Part shown: positions 42,655-54,188 of the stretch, piece after piece
How positions within the stretch are numbered: the stretch's first letter is position 1
Layout: each line of letters starts with the position of its first letter
From: Harriotta raleighana
Lineage: Eukaryota
DNA length: 64,000 nt
Assembly: GCA_050575255.1 (NCBI GenBank)
Contig: JBNZDD010013718.1
Span: 2,472,113 to 2,536,112, forward strand
Reading direction: 5' to 3'
Notes under the pieces: generated by a model
The model's database searches: none
Seen by the model: only the letters and a program-made list of their open reading frames with translations
What the model was told of the DNA's origin: nothing
Made by a program: the position numbers and the translations under genes

Positions 42655-43095
42655 CTAATAATATTCTTTGCATTTTATATAGATCTTTTCATGTCTTTTA
42701 GATGTCGCAAAGCGCTTCACAGAATATACTGTAAAGTAAATTGACTATATTTCTGGGCAAAACGCAGCAGCCAATTGCGCACAGCAGGGTCCCACAAACA
42801 GTCTTGGATTGAAATGACGAATTGAATATTGTTTTTTTCCGAGGGATTATTATTAGGCATAATAATAATAATTAGGCATGTGGAGTACGGAGACTTGCCC
42901 AATGTTTCGCCCTGCCTGGAATTGAACCCAGGTCTCTCGCTTGCAAGACGAGTGCTCTAACCACTGAGCTACAGGACTCCACCATATACTGTAAAGTAAA
43001 ATGAATTCAATGTATATTTTGTAAGCAAAACACAGCAGCCAATTGCGCACAGCCGTGTGCCACAAACAGTCATGGATTAAATTGACTGTTTTTTT
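42655..43095 (-). mobile_element. SINE family A full copy (42655-42980) plus adjacent partial copy (42984-43095)
   Basis: Reverse head GGAGTCCTGTAGCTCAGTGGTTAGAGCACTCG at 42980; a second body fragment follows directly. Confidence 0.88.
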
Positions 43096-44108
43096 TAGGG
43101 TTACCAGCCTAAAGCTGGCTAGGCTGAATGATCTTTTTCGGTGCTGTAGATTCAATGCAATTCAAAGCACTCTTGAGATGCTACCCCATGTGAAGGATGC
43201 TTTATAAAGCAAGTCGTTGTAATGTATACACAGATTTTTCACTTTGAAACTCCAAGAGGTTTTACTTCACGAATGTGGGAATTATGTATTCTCAGAGAGT
43301 GCGCTCTTATTTGGGATTAAGATGTAGCTTAATATACAGTCAGTTGTTTCCTGCTTTTCTTCCCCCGACCCCTCCCCCCACTTGACTGTACAGCGCCTTG
43401 GGACGTCCTCCTGACGTGAAAGGCGCTATATAAATATAATATATAAATAAAATAATATATATAAAATAAATAGCTAGGATATGATTCTGATTCAAGATGG
43501 TGTTCTCTTGTTTCAGATGACAACTTACTTGACTGAACATTGGAAGATATTGTTTGTTCTATTTAAGACGCTCAATTTATCAGACAAACCCACTTTGATG
43601 TTACGTGCTTTGCTCTCTATTTCTAAACGAGTAAACATTAAAATTTAATCAATTTAAATGCAAAGTGAATGGCAAATCAATTCCATGAGCCTAACATGTC
43701 ATTGGGTAAGTTCTTTTTACTTAAAAAAAAGGTTCATTCACAAAATACCCATTTGTTTAATAGTTCATGTAACATTATCATATTAAAAGGATAATAAATT
43801 GGCAAATAATGCAGTACTTTAGAAGGAGTTATAAGGATTGGGACATTCAATCTATTACAAAATATAGATGATGCTTTTTTTGTATCAATTAATTAGCTGC
43901 AGAATTTAAATCTGAGCAAATTTCCATACTCACTTTCAGCATTTTTGTGACTCATATTCAGAACCTTGAGGAATACTGAATGCCATTACTCACGGGTGCT
44001 CATACAAAATAAAAAACAACAAAGGCTAAACACCAAATAGACTGCCTCAATTCAAACACTTTGAAAATGGCAAAACTAATATCAACCCAACAATAATAAT
44101 TTAAAAAA

Positions 44109-44414
44109 ATAATCCTTGCATTTGTTGTAGCGCCTTTTACATCTTCTAGATGTCTCAAAGCACTTCACATAATGTACTGGAAAGTGAATTGACTGTATAT
44201 ATATGGGCGAAATGCGGCAGCCAATTGCACAAAGTAAAATTCCACAAACCTTCGTGGATTGAAATGACCAATTTATTATTGTGTTTTTCTGGGGGATTAT
44301 TATTAGTGTAGAGTACAGAGTCTTGCCCCAGGTTTCACCCTGTCTGGAATTGGACCCGGAGCTCTCGCTTGTAAGGTGAGTAAGGTAAGGCTAGCCACTG
44401 AGCTACAGGAATCC
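44109..44414 (-). mobile_element. SINE family A, full length
   Basis: Reverse head GGATTCCTGTAGCTCAGTGG, body and tail. Confidence 0.88.
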
Positions 44415-45508
44415 AATAACCCAGCTATCCAAACATTTCAGAATATAAGAATTCCGATGAGGCCTTCGGAGAGAATTTTTTAAATATAAAAATGCCTACT
44501 TGTTTTGGAGATAAGGTTGAAGATAAAGGGAAATGCTTTATTCATTCTCCTTGTGCTCCAACCCTGGCCTGAGAAGTGGCATGTCATCTGCTCCCAAGTC
44601 TCTGCCAATCCCACGTTGACTTTAGTTTTGGCAGATGGGCAAAGAGCAAACAGGGATGGAACTACCTGCTTTGCTGTGCTTTGGGGAAATTGCCTGACCT
44701 TCACTTAGTAGTTCAGGCAGAAAGGCAGTCACGTGTGTTTGACAGATTGTGGACACACACCCACATCTGACCATTCCACTCCACACGTCCCTCATGGTGG
44801 AGGGAGGAAACCAGAAGGAACTAATCTGAGGATCTTGTGAATTGTACTGGACAGGATGCAAGAGCCCAATAATGGTTTCACTGGTTCCTCTATGAAGGTA
44901 AACTTCAGAATAATTCCGATGTCTGCACGCCAGAGGAATATCTCATTCTTGGCCAGATTAGATGCTTCCCATCAGTAACATGCTGTGTTAAGCAAATCAA
45001 ACTGTCAACTGCGTCCCTGGTGTTAGGTGACAGAGTGATACGATCACTTCATTTATTTATAATGTAATTTATAAGGGCAACTTGAACCACATAATTACTT
45101 TAAAAGTTCTGTGCCAATCACTGGTGTGGGCCAAGTTATTCACAAGGGTATCAACCGAGTGCATCAACTATTCCTGGGCCTTGATACTTAATCGAATGAA
45201 TAAAATATTCAACAAAGCTAATAGAATTCCAGAGCAGAGCATAGATGCAGTAACACAAGGAATGACTAGAAACAGGCAGCTCACATGGCGAGCCCCTGAT
45301 CTCAACCAGTCAGTCAGTAGGTTAAAAGGGGAGTGACGACACTCCACAGGGAGACTGTATGTAAAGCCGTGTGAAATCTATTCTGCTTTTGTTTATTTCC
45401 TAGGGTCAGCTCAAGAAGTCAACTTATATCTGCCAGCTCTGGCTGTCTGAAAATAGTGCTCGAGAATACAAAGAGGGAGAAAGCAAGCAAAATAGAATCA
45501 ATTGAATA

Positions 45509-45688
45509 AAAACAAAAACAGAAGTCGCTGGGAACATCAGCAGGTCAGGCAGCATCTATGGAGAAAGGAAAAGTGAGTGAACATTTTGGGTCCATGGCTC
45601 CATAGATGCTGCCTGACCTGCTGAGTGTTCCCAGTGACTTCTGTTTATGTTTCAAATTTTCATCATCGGTAGTATTTGGGGTTTTTGT
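45509..45688. mobile_element. Penelope-like inverted-repeat (hairpin) element with a 16-bp flanking direct repeat
   Basis: Arms ~45516-45563 and 45598-45646 are near-perfect reverse complements; flanks TAGAATCAATTGAATA (45493) and TAGAATCAATTAAATA (45689). Confidence 0.75.
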
Positions 45689-47463
45689 TAGAATCAATTA
45701 AATATTAGTGGGTGACTTAAATCGGGTGGAACATTTGAATCTTGCAGCGGCTGAAGTAGACATTATTCAGATCAGGCAATCAATCCACATTTATGTTAAG
45801 TTATTACGGTGAAAACACACATGCAAGTGGTTCCAGGGATACTTGCAGCTAAATCTGCTCAAATGAATGTAGCCAGGTTAAGGTTCCAGCTAAGTGTATG
45901 GCAGAAAATAGTCTTCCTCACCCCAAAGAAACGTGTTAAAAGGTCGACTAAAATTTGATATGTTTTAAAAAACACAATTCCAAGGGGAATCCCCAAGACA
46001 CAGTCAGAACACACTACCCTGTAAATCTGCGGTGGTTTAATTACTCAAGAAATGTTGTGAACAGAAGCGTTGCAGTGCTTTTCATCCCTGTGGAAGTCGA
46101 GTGGCAAGATTGTGAAACAAAAAGGAAGCTTTGCTAAATGGCTTAGAGGCATGTCAAAATTTGGTTTGTTGACTGCTCAGATGTTGACTGCTCCATTTGC
46201 TTTGGAGGAATGCCAGAGGGCAAGGTGCAAAGGAGGCATGAGGCAGGGTGTTCAGATAAAGCAGCCGGTCTGCGCTCCACAGTGGGGCCAATTAAAGAGC
46301 TATTTATGTGGATGATTCTGAAAGCTTTTGAGGAAGGATATCGCCTTTGGAACCTTCCTGGTAAGTCATTAAGAAACCATGAGAAAAGGTCATTTCAAGT
46401 CTTTCTTAAGCGGTGTCCCTTCCATGGCCCTGCAAACCTGCTCTCCCCATCTCAGTCACAAGGCGAGCTTTCAGGAGAAAGTATTGCGCGGAGACTTGAG
46501 TTTGGGTGTGAGTGCACAAGACAGCAGGATCGATATGTGAAAGCGCAATCTTGGGACTCCCACTCTTTCATTACTCACTTGGAAATGCTCTCTCTCTCTC
46601 TCTCCTCCTCCTGATACTAAATGAATATGCTCGGTGACCAGACAAAATGATGAGTGTAACACTCCAGCAGGTTCATTTTCTGCTAGAAATTGGAATTGCT
46701 GTTGTGAAAGAATTGTAACATTTATTTGATTTCACTAGATTTATTTGATCTGAGTATCGCTCAAAGCAGCCCCTACCAAATTAGCTTCGGTTATCAGTTC
46801 TGTCTGGTTTGATCCTGTCAAACCACACATCCCATATCACTGAACAAACTTATAAAATACTTTTGCTTCACTTAACCAGACTTCAATGTTACTTAACTAA
46901 CACATCATTTATAGTGGCTTGCAAGGCAAATTGGTACATTCCTGCCATCATATAAACTGGAACGAATGTGGGGAGAGGGTCGGGGGCAATATTCGAAATC
47001 TAAAACAAAGACTTGGTTTCAGCTGTAATTATATCTTATTCTGGTATGTGGCATTTCAAGGTTGAAGTGTGGGTCCAGCTGAACTGAGTTACAACACTGT
47101 CCTGCCTGAGATGATAATTGGATGCATCAAAAGGTGGATTACTCCACATGCACAATCTCCTTAGTAAAATTTTACATCATTATCAATCATTACTATCCCA
47201 CCGAGAAACAGCATTAGTTGGGAAATGATGTACATTTTGTTCCTTACAGATCAAATCAGTTGCTCACTTCATGATGACTCTTTGTGGGACACTACTAGGT
47301 GCAAACTGGCTGCAATGGCTATACTTTACAGTAAATCCTGTGACGCACTTTGAAAGATCCTCCTGAGGTGAAAGCTGTTGTATAAAATACAAGGATTGTT
47401 ATTATTATCGTGCTGTAGTATCGTGCATTCAGAAGCGTTCTCTCCCATCTCCACCTTGTTTAT

Positions 47464-47776
47464 AGCTCCTGAAGCTCAGTGGTTACAGCGCTCGTATTAC
47501 AAGCGTGAGAAGCGTGTACAAATCCAGGCAGATCAGAGCGAAATCTTGGGCAAGTTTCCTTACTCCACATGCCTAATAATAATCCGTCCAAAAAAAACCT
47601 ACAATAATAAAAAAATTGGTCATTTTCAATCCACGACTGTTTGTGGGACGCAGCTGTGTGTAATTGGCTGCCACGTTTTGCCCACAAATATACAGTCAAT
47701 TCATTTTATAGTATATTCTGTGAAGCACTTTGAGATGTCAATAAGATGTGAAAATGTCAAATGCAAGGATTATTAT
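47464..47776 (+). mobile_element. SINE family A, full length
   Basis: Degenerate tRNA head, family body and tail. Confidence 0.88.
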
Positions 47777-49309
47777 TTTATAAAAACATAGCTCAGTCAT
47801 TTCCAAGTATCCAAAGTGTATTCATTCAATAAAATTGCTTCCTTATTCCAAGGTCTCCAACCTGATTGAGGTTTGTGCCCATCCCCAGGGCACATAATTT
47901 TATCTCTCTTACTAACATTTCACTCTGTATTGTGGTCTTCTGATGTCATTAAGAGAGGAGCATTGATTTTTCTTTAAAATTATGGCAACAAAAAGTAGAG
48001 AAAACAATTGCTAACATAAAAATTACGACAATGAGGAATTAAAAAGCATCTTGGTTTGGTTTGATAGCTAAGATCTATCAACAGACTCTGAATGGAGATT
48101 CTGCCGAAAGATTTGGCAATAGACTCCCTTTATATAATAAATGTTATGTATATGTTAATTTAAAAGAAGCTTTCCTTCAATTAGCAGCTGAAGATGTACT
48201 CTTTGTTTGTATTGGGTTACAGAGCAAAATAAATTGTCAGTTGTTGACTTTTCTCTTTAAATATTATCTGTTAATATGGAGTTAGTAGAGACCTATGGAT
48301 TTGATCATTTAATCCAATCTAAGGGAATTCAAGTTAGTTGCCAGCAATATTTGGTGAGAGCTGACCACTGTAAAATAAGAACTGACATTTGTAGAGCACC
48401 CTAAGAAGTCAAAACCTTTCAACGTCAAATACAGTGATTGGCAACTTTCTGGTATCATTTGCAGTAATCCACAACAACAACAAATTGCACTGGTACAGCA
48501 CTATTCACATCAGAGAGCTGTCCCAGAGTGTTGAACATTGAGGGTCTTTTGGACTCGAGCTGTGAGTTGGGGCTCGAAGGGTTGGAAGGCAGATGGGGTG
48601 GGGTTGGAAGGGTGACTGAATCATTCATCACAAACAAACGTGAAATGAAAGATCAATTCATCTGGAGAAATGCTGGCCAGAAGAATTGGAGAAACTCACT
48701 TCCCTTTTCGAATAATATCATGGAATCCGAATGCCCAACTGAAGAGGCAGACTGACCTCGATTTAACATTTAATCCAAACACGGCACTCGACATGACAGA
48801 GTTCCCCCCACCCCCAACTCGCCAGTAACTACAATGTGGACTACAATCAGTGTTCTTAGTCAGACTCCAGTCCAGATGTGGGTTTGAATCTTCAGTCACT
48901 GAAGCTGACAAGCTGGGAAGGCAATATCTATCAGTCATTTTCTTTTTATTCGGTAACAAATCCCATTGAAACAAATCAAAAGTAATTAGATTGCTTCACT
49001 TCAAAAATGAATCCGTGACTGAGAATGGCTTTCAGAATTACCCCTGTTTTGTCAGGTTTCAATCATGGGACAATCTGGATATTCCAATGATCCCTACTGT
49101 GCATCTTTTGTATAATGCTTATGGTTAAGAGACTGATGTTTATAGCCTAACACAAAGAACAGCAGACACTCACAGAGTTCAGAGGAATGTAAAGGAAGGA
49201 AATCATTCAGGGAGAAAGACATGATACTATGAGCTCTTTATGTTTCTTTGGAAGAGTTTTATCCTGAAGTAAAAGAACCAGAATTACAATAGGTAGAAGG
49301 TATCAGCCT

Positions 49310-49560
49310 GGTAGCATTCTTCCCTCTGAGTCAGACGTTTGTGAGTTCGAGTCCCTCATCGAGACTTTGAATTCCTGTTCTGGGCTGCCACGCTACCACA
49401 GAGCTGGTAGATGATGTCCTCCAGATCAAACCGAGGACATTAACAGTCCCTTTTGCCCACCACAGAAAGGGAAGGGAATATCTCTCATTTGCCAGATCAT
49501 TCAATTCATGTCTGTTTGCGGGGACATTGCTGTTTGAAAACTGTCTGCCGCGTTTGCCTA
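49310..49560 (+). mobile_element. Degenerate Deu-type SINE
   Basis: CCCTCTGAGTCAGACGTTTGTGAGTTCGAGTCCC head similar to the 29965 copy. Confidence 0.5.
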
Positions 49561-49569
49561 CAGGTATGC

Positions 49570-49772
49570 AATCGCAGTAGCTCAGCAGGTTTACTCAGCT
49601 TATCCAGCTGAGCCATGGAGACTGCAGAGGTCTGAGGTTCAAGCCTTGGTATGCGGTGAATTAGCCAGGAGTCACACAGAGCTGTACAATTAGCCTTAGC
49701 AGCCTGGGCTACGGAGGAGGACATCAGCTAAGGTGCTTGCCCTAAGGTGATTGATATGCTGCTGGAGATAGG
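49570..49772 (+). mobile_element. Ancient SINE-like repeat (family C), 5' part
   Basis: GTAGCTCAG...GGTTCAAGCC (pol III boxes) then TACAATTAGCCTTAGCAGCCTGGGCTA; appears to resume at 50094-50150. Confidence 0.5.
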
Positions 49773-50093
49773 TGTGGCTTAGTGGTTAGAGCACTCGCCT
49801 TACAAGCATGAGGCCTGTGTTCGAATCCAGGCAGATCAGGGTGAAACCTTGGGTAAGTTTCTTTACTCCACACGCCTAATAATAATCCCTCCCAAAAAAA
49901 ACACAATAATAAAATTGGTCATTTCAATCCACGACTGTTTGTGGGACGCTGCTGTGCGCAATTGGCTGCCGTATTCCTCCTACAAATATACAGTCAATTC
50001 ACTTTACAGTATATTCTGTGAAGCGCTTTGGGACGTTGATAAGATGTGAAAAGCGCTATATCAAATGCAAGGATTATTATTATTATTATTATT
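49773..50093 (+). mobile_element. SINE family A, near-consensus copy with a long (ATT)n tail
   Basis: TGGCTTAGTGG A box, GTTCGAATCC B box, intact body. Confidence 0.92.
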
Positions 50094-51639
50094 ATGTGCA
50101 AAGCCCAAATGACAACAGCAACATACTCAGCTTTGATGCCCCCATGTGGCCAACAAATATGAATGCTAATTAAAATGTACTGTACTCCTTGTTACACATA
50201 TAGTTCCCTTCATTTGGATAATATCTCAAAGCCCTTCACAGTGATGGTGTCAGCCATTGGGCAAGGCAGATGGGGAAGGGGGAAAGTTTCCCTGGGCAGG
50301 GTTGAAGAAATATATTCTTCAAGTAGGATTTAACGATAATTAGCAAGAAGATGAGACACAAGTGATATAGTTCTGGATATAGCGCAATTGCTGCCAATTT
50401 ATGATCAGCCCTGACATAATATCATAGCCTTGCCTATCAAGCAAACGCAGCAAGGGCCTGAGTTCCTCAAATAAAACATCCAGTTGAGTAGAAAATGTAC
50501 TCGCTTAGCAGGAGGCTGAACAGATTTTCATTTCAACAAGCAAGAATTTGGAAACCAGTCTCTTTTGATAAAAAGGTTTGTTGCAGGCATGTTGCCCACG
50601 TATTGTTTCCCCCAATCAACAGTATAGGGGGAATCCTATCGGTATAGGGAGCACTGTGGGCCGGCAATGGCTGAACGTTTGAATTTTCCCAAAGCTGCTG
50701 AAAAGTTGAAGTTCACGTTTACGCCTTGTATTTTCATGCCATGATAAAACTCAACAACAACAACAAAACTTCAGAAGACTTGAGAGATTATGACACTGAT
50801 GGAACTGATCACTGATGACTTCATTCTATAGTCTTTTTAAAAAAACACACACACACACACACACTCCAAAATGCACTGTCTCAAATTATTTGGCATTCTT
50901 TCCTTCTCGACGTATTATCCCCATCTACCCCCCCCCTCAGCCCGCAACACCGTAGGAAGTACTGTTGCTTCACTTCCCACGCAATTATTAATGCCAATTA
51001 CTTATGTTGCTAAAGGGGGAAATGCAATACTTGTGTTTTCCAGTGGAAATTCTTCTGCTTGCATTAAAAATGATGATAATTAAGTGAAAAAAAATCCTAC
51101 TCGTTGGGGGTTGAAAATAGTCAGTGGAGTACTCCATGCTTTGTTACATGGGAAAGCTACTCATGTTATGACATAAGCTGCAGGGAAAACCTCCTTGCAA
51201 AGCCCTTTGTTCTGAACTAAAGAACATCTCGAGGTTGTACTGCTGTTACAACCAGAATACTGTACAATGGAATATTTTACTTAGCAAATGGACCAAAGCC
51301 TGGAGATTCTTGAAATCCTTTGTTACAGTTGCTTAGTTCACATAGTGCCAGCAATACTTAATCATCTCCATTGCTGTGGATGTGCTTGGATTGTTGTCAA
51401 ATACTATTTGACTGCACTTGGAACTTAAACCAGACCAATGGTCACGCTGTTCTTGGCAGTCGTGTAGGCAAATTCAAAATTGCTTCACGACAATACAAGA
51501 AATCATAGCAATTCATGCTTGTCCGTTTCAACTGAAGCAATGCTCCATTGACACCGCTGGGAGCAATTTGTTGCAGAATTTTAAATTCCCTCTGCAGAGC
51601 ATTTGCGAATGTGGAACTATACATACGTTCTGCTAATGC

Positions 51640-51756
51640 CGGGTTTTGCCCACAAAATATACAGTCAATTTTCTTTACAGTATATTCGTTGAAGCGCTTT
51701 GAGACAGCTCGAAGATGTGATAAGGTGCTATATGTCAAATGCAAGGATTATTATAT
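51640..51756 (+). mobile_element. SINE family A 3' fragment
   Basis: TTTTGCCCACAAAATATACAGTCAATT...CAAATGCAAGGATTATT; similar fragments at ~36195-36295, 39790-39890 and 53468-53553. Confidence 0.75.
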
Positions 51757-54188
51757 TAAGAGTGATCAACTTTGGTTACGTTTCAACTGATTCGTTCTGA
51801 AACTATCATTTCTGAAACTGTCAAACTGGATTTAACATCATCTCAATCTGTAAGAACTTTACATTCCAGCCCTAATTGAATCAGTGGTTGTGGGTCGATA
51901 AATGAAACGGGGGAGAGGGGGTAAACACCATTGCACTGTATCCTCAGTCTCACTAGAAAGCGAACCGATTTAACCTGAGGTTGTACACCAAGCACTCTCA
52001 GGATAGATTGGTCTGGAGATGGTAAGATCAAGGCTGGACGAGACTTAATAAAGTTCCATAGCTAATGGCAGTTTCTGCAGTACATTAATATAAGCATTAT
52101 ATTTTCATGATGTTTATGTCAAAGAACTCACTCTCTTAATTGAAAACTTGAAATAACAAAATGGATTCAGTCTACTAAAATACCCTAATTTATCTCTTAA
52201 TCTCCTAAAGTCAAGTTCCTTCATCACCAAAGCTAATCAAAGATGATTTATTTATCACCAAATCTCTATCATTCAAGCACGACCTATTTTCCTACCAAAG
52301 ATATCTCAATCTCCAACCTCCCCCCAACCCATCCCCTATAGCAAGATCACAACCACCATTAGGTTTGCGGAGGATTTGATCATCTAAATAAATAAATAAC
52401 TTCATAACCTCCAAAGAGATTCCAAACCACACATTTATCTAATTTGTCTTGAACATCAATTATACTCAATGAGAAAGATGCTCCATACAGTCACAAGTCT
52501 TTAAGGGACAAAATGTTGCATCTAATCTTGTCTCAAGAGGCTTGTTGTTTTCCAACCCCAAGCTCTGTGCTCACAGTCGAAGTCAAATGGCTGATGATAT
52601 TTGCATTTCTATATTTCCAAACAATCTAGAGACCTGCATGGTGGCGTTAATTAATCTACTTCTATGCACTGAAAATAAGTGCATAGAAGTTCTATGCTGA
52701 GCTATATAACTTACAAGCCCTTGTATTATTCTTATTATAACAGTAATATCCTATGTGCATATATATATATTAAATAAATAATGTACACTGGAACTTGTTT
52801 TGATTCTTACAGATATGACAATAATGATAGCTTTACTACTCAGGTAACAAGCACAAATGTAACTGCAGATATCAATAAGATTGTGCGAATAACTCCATGC
52901 AGTATATAGCAAAAGAAAAATTAACTCTCGAAAAGTAAGCGCTTGCATGTAAGTAATTTATGTACTGTCTATTGATAAACTCCTAATACTTGACTCGTCA
53001 AGCTGACAATATACTGGCTGAACATATTTATGTATTCATCCATTATGCCTAACTCGCCACTCCATATAACTCTTCACTTTGAGTCCCTTTCCCTTGGAGT
53101 GACACGTTATCAGCCATTCACTGTAAGCTGCGGCATACAATTCGTGAAAATAAAAACAAAAGTGGAATTGTAGCTGTGCAAAGCATTATGTCCTCAGCAA
53201 AGTAGTTCAGCACTGTCCTACTGCAATGCTACTGTGGTGATCTGCCACAATATAGGGCCCATAAATCAGAGGGAAGAACAAGGCTGAGGTTCTGCTCCTG
53301 ACCTAACTTGGTTAACATTCAGAAACTAACACCTGATTTTAGAGCTCATTTGCACATGCAAAGATCTCTAAATCTGTGTGCTCTTTTTCAACCAGGCGTA
53401 CATGCAATCCTGAGCAAGAAGCATAAATCAGGCCTCCTATTCCACATTGCTCTATAATCAATTCCTCCACAGTATATTCTGTGAAACGCTTTATGAGACT
53501 TTTCAATAATGTGATAGGGTGCTATGTAAAATGCAAGGATTATTGTTATTATTCATAAGAGATCGGTTGCTACATAAATTAGTACAACTTGTTACCTGGC
53601 TTACGTTCGGTACTTTTAGCAGAAATATTTGGTCCTTTTTGCAATATTTACTTTAAAAGAACAATCTAAAGGTAGAAATGATCAAGGTGACAATCATCAT
53701 GTTTGTCTTGAAGAAAGACAATCTATTCTGTGCAATTTTGTAAATCTCAGCATTAGATCTACTCTGGAGAACAAAAGCATGCTGGGTTAAAAAAAAAACT
53801 CTGCGATTTTTGAATTTAAAAGCCCATTAAAGCGATACAATTATAACATTCGACACACATTTTGGCCGTTTAAGTTCCTTTCTGGCCGTATTTCTGTTAA
53901 ATGTCAATTCTGTTAATACAGTAGTCCAGCGACATACACCGAATCCCATCAATTGGGTGAACCAGCTTTTGGGATTCTTTCACTGAACTAGACAGAAAGA
54001 GATGCAGAAAATAAATCCAGAAATGATTCTATTGTAACCACCTCCCATGTTATTTCCAAAAACAGCGGTCACTAAGAGCAAGAACTACGCACAGCACAAA
54101 CTTCACTGCCTATCATTCTATGCCACATTTACATTCACCTTTAATTAAAAAAAAGTTGGATCTAACATTATTCCTGTATTATTAGTAC

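Noticed and set aside
47378-47791. 137-aa ORF resembling many other short ORFs (TNIQSIHF...VKHFE)
   Set aside because: These are translations of SINE family A copies, not a gene family or CRISPR-like array.
54145-54188. Stop-terminated end of the 1080-aa ORF suggesting a standalone single-exon gene
   Set aside because: A phase-1 donor at 54188 sits where UNC13C similarity ends; the remainder is intron read-through, although an intronic-polyadenylation isoform cannot be excluded.
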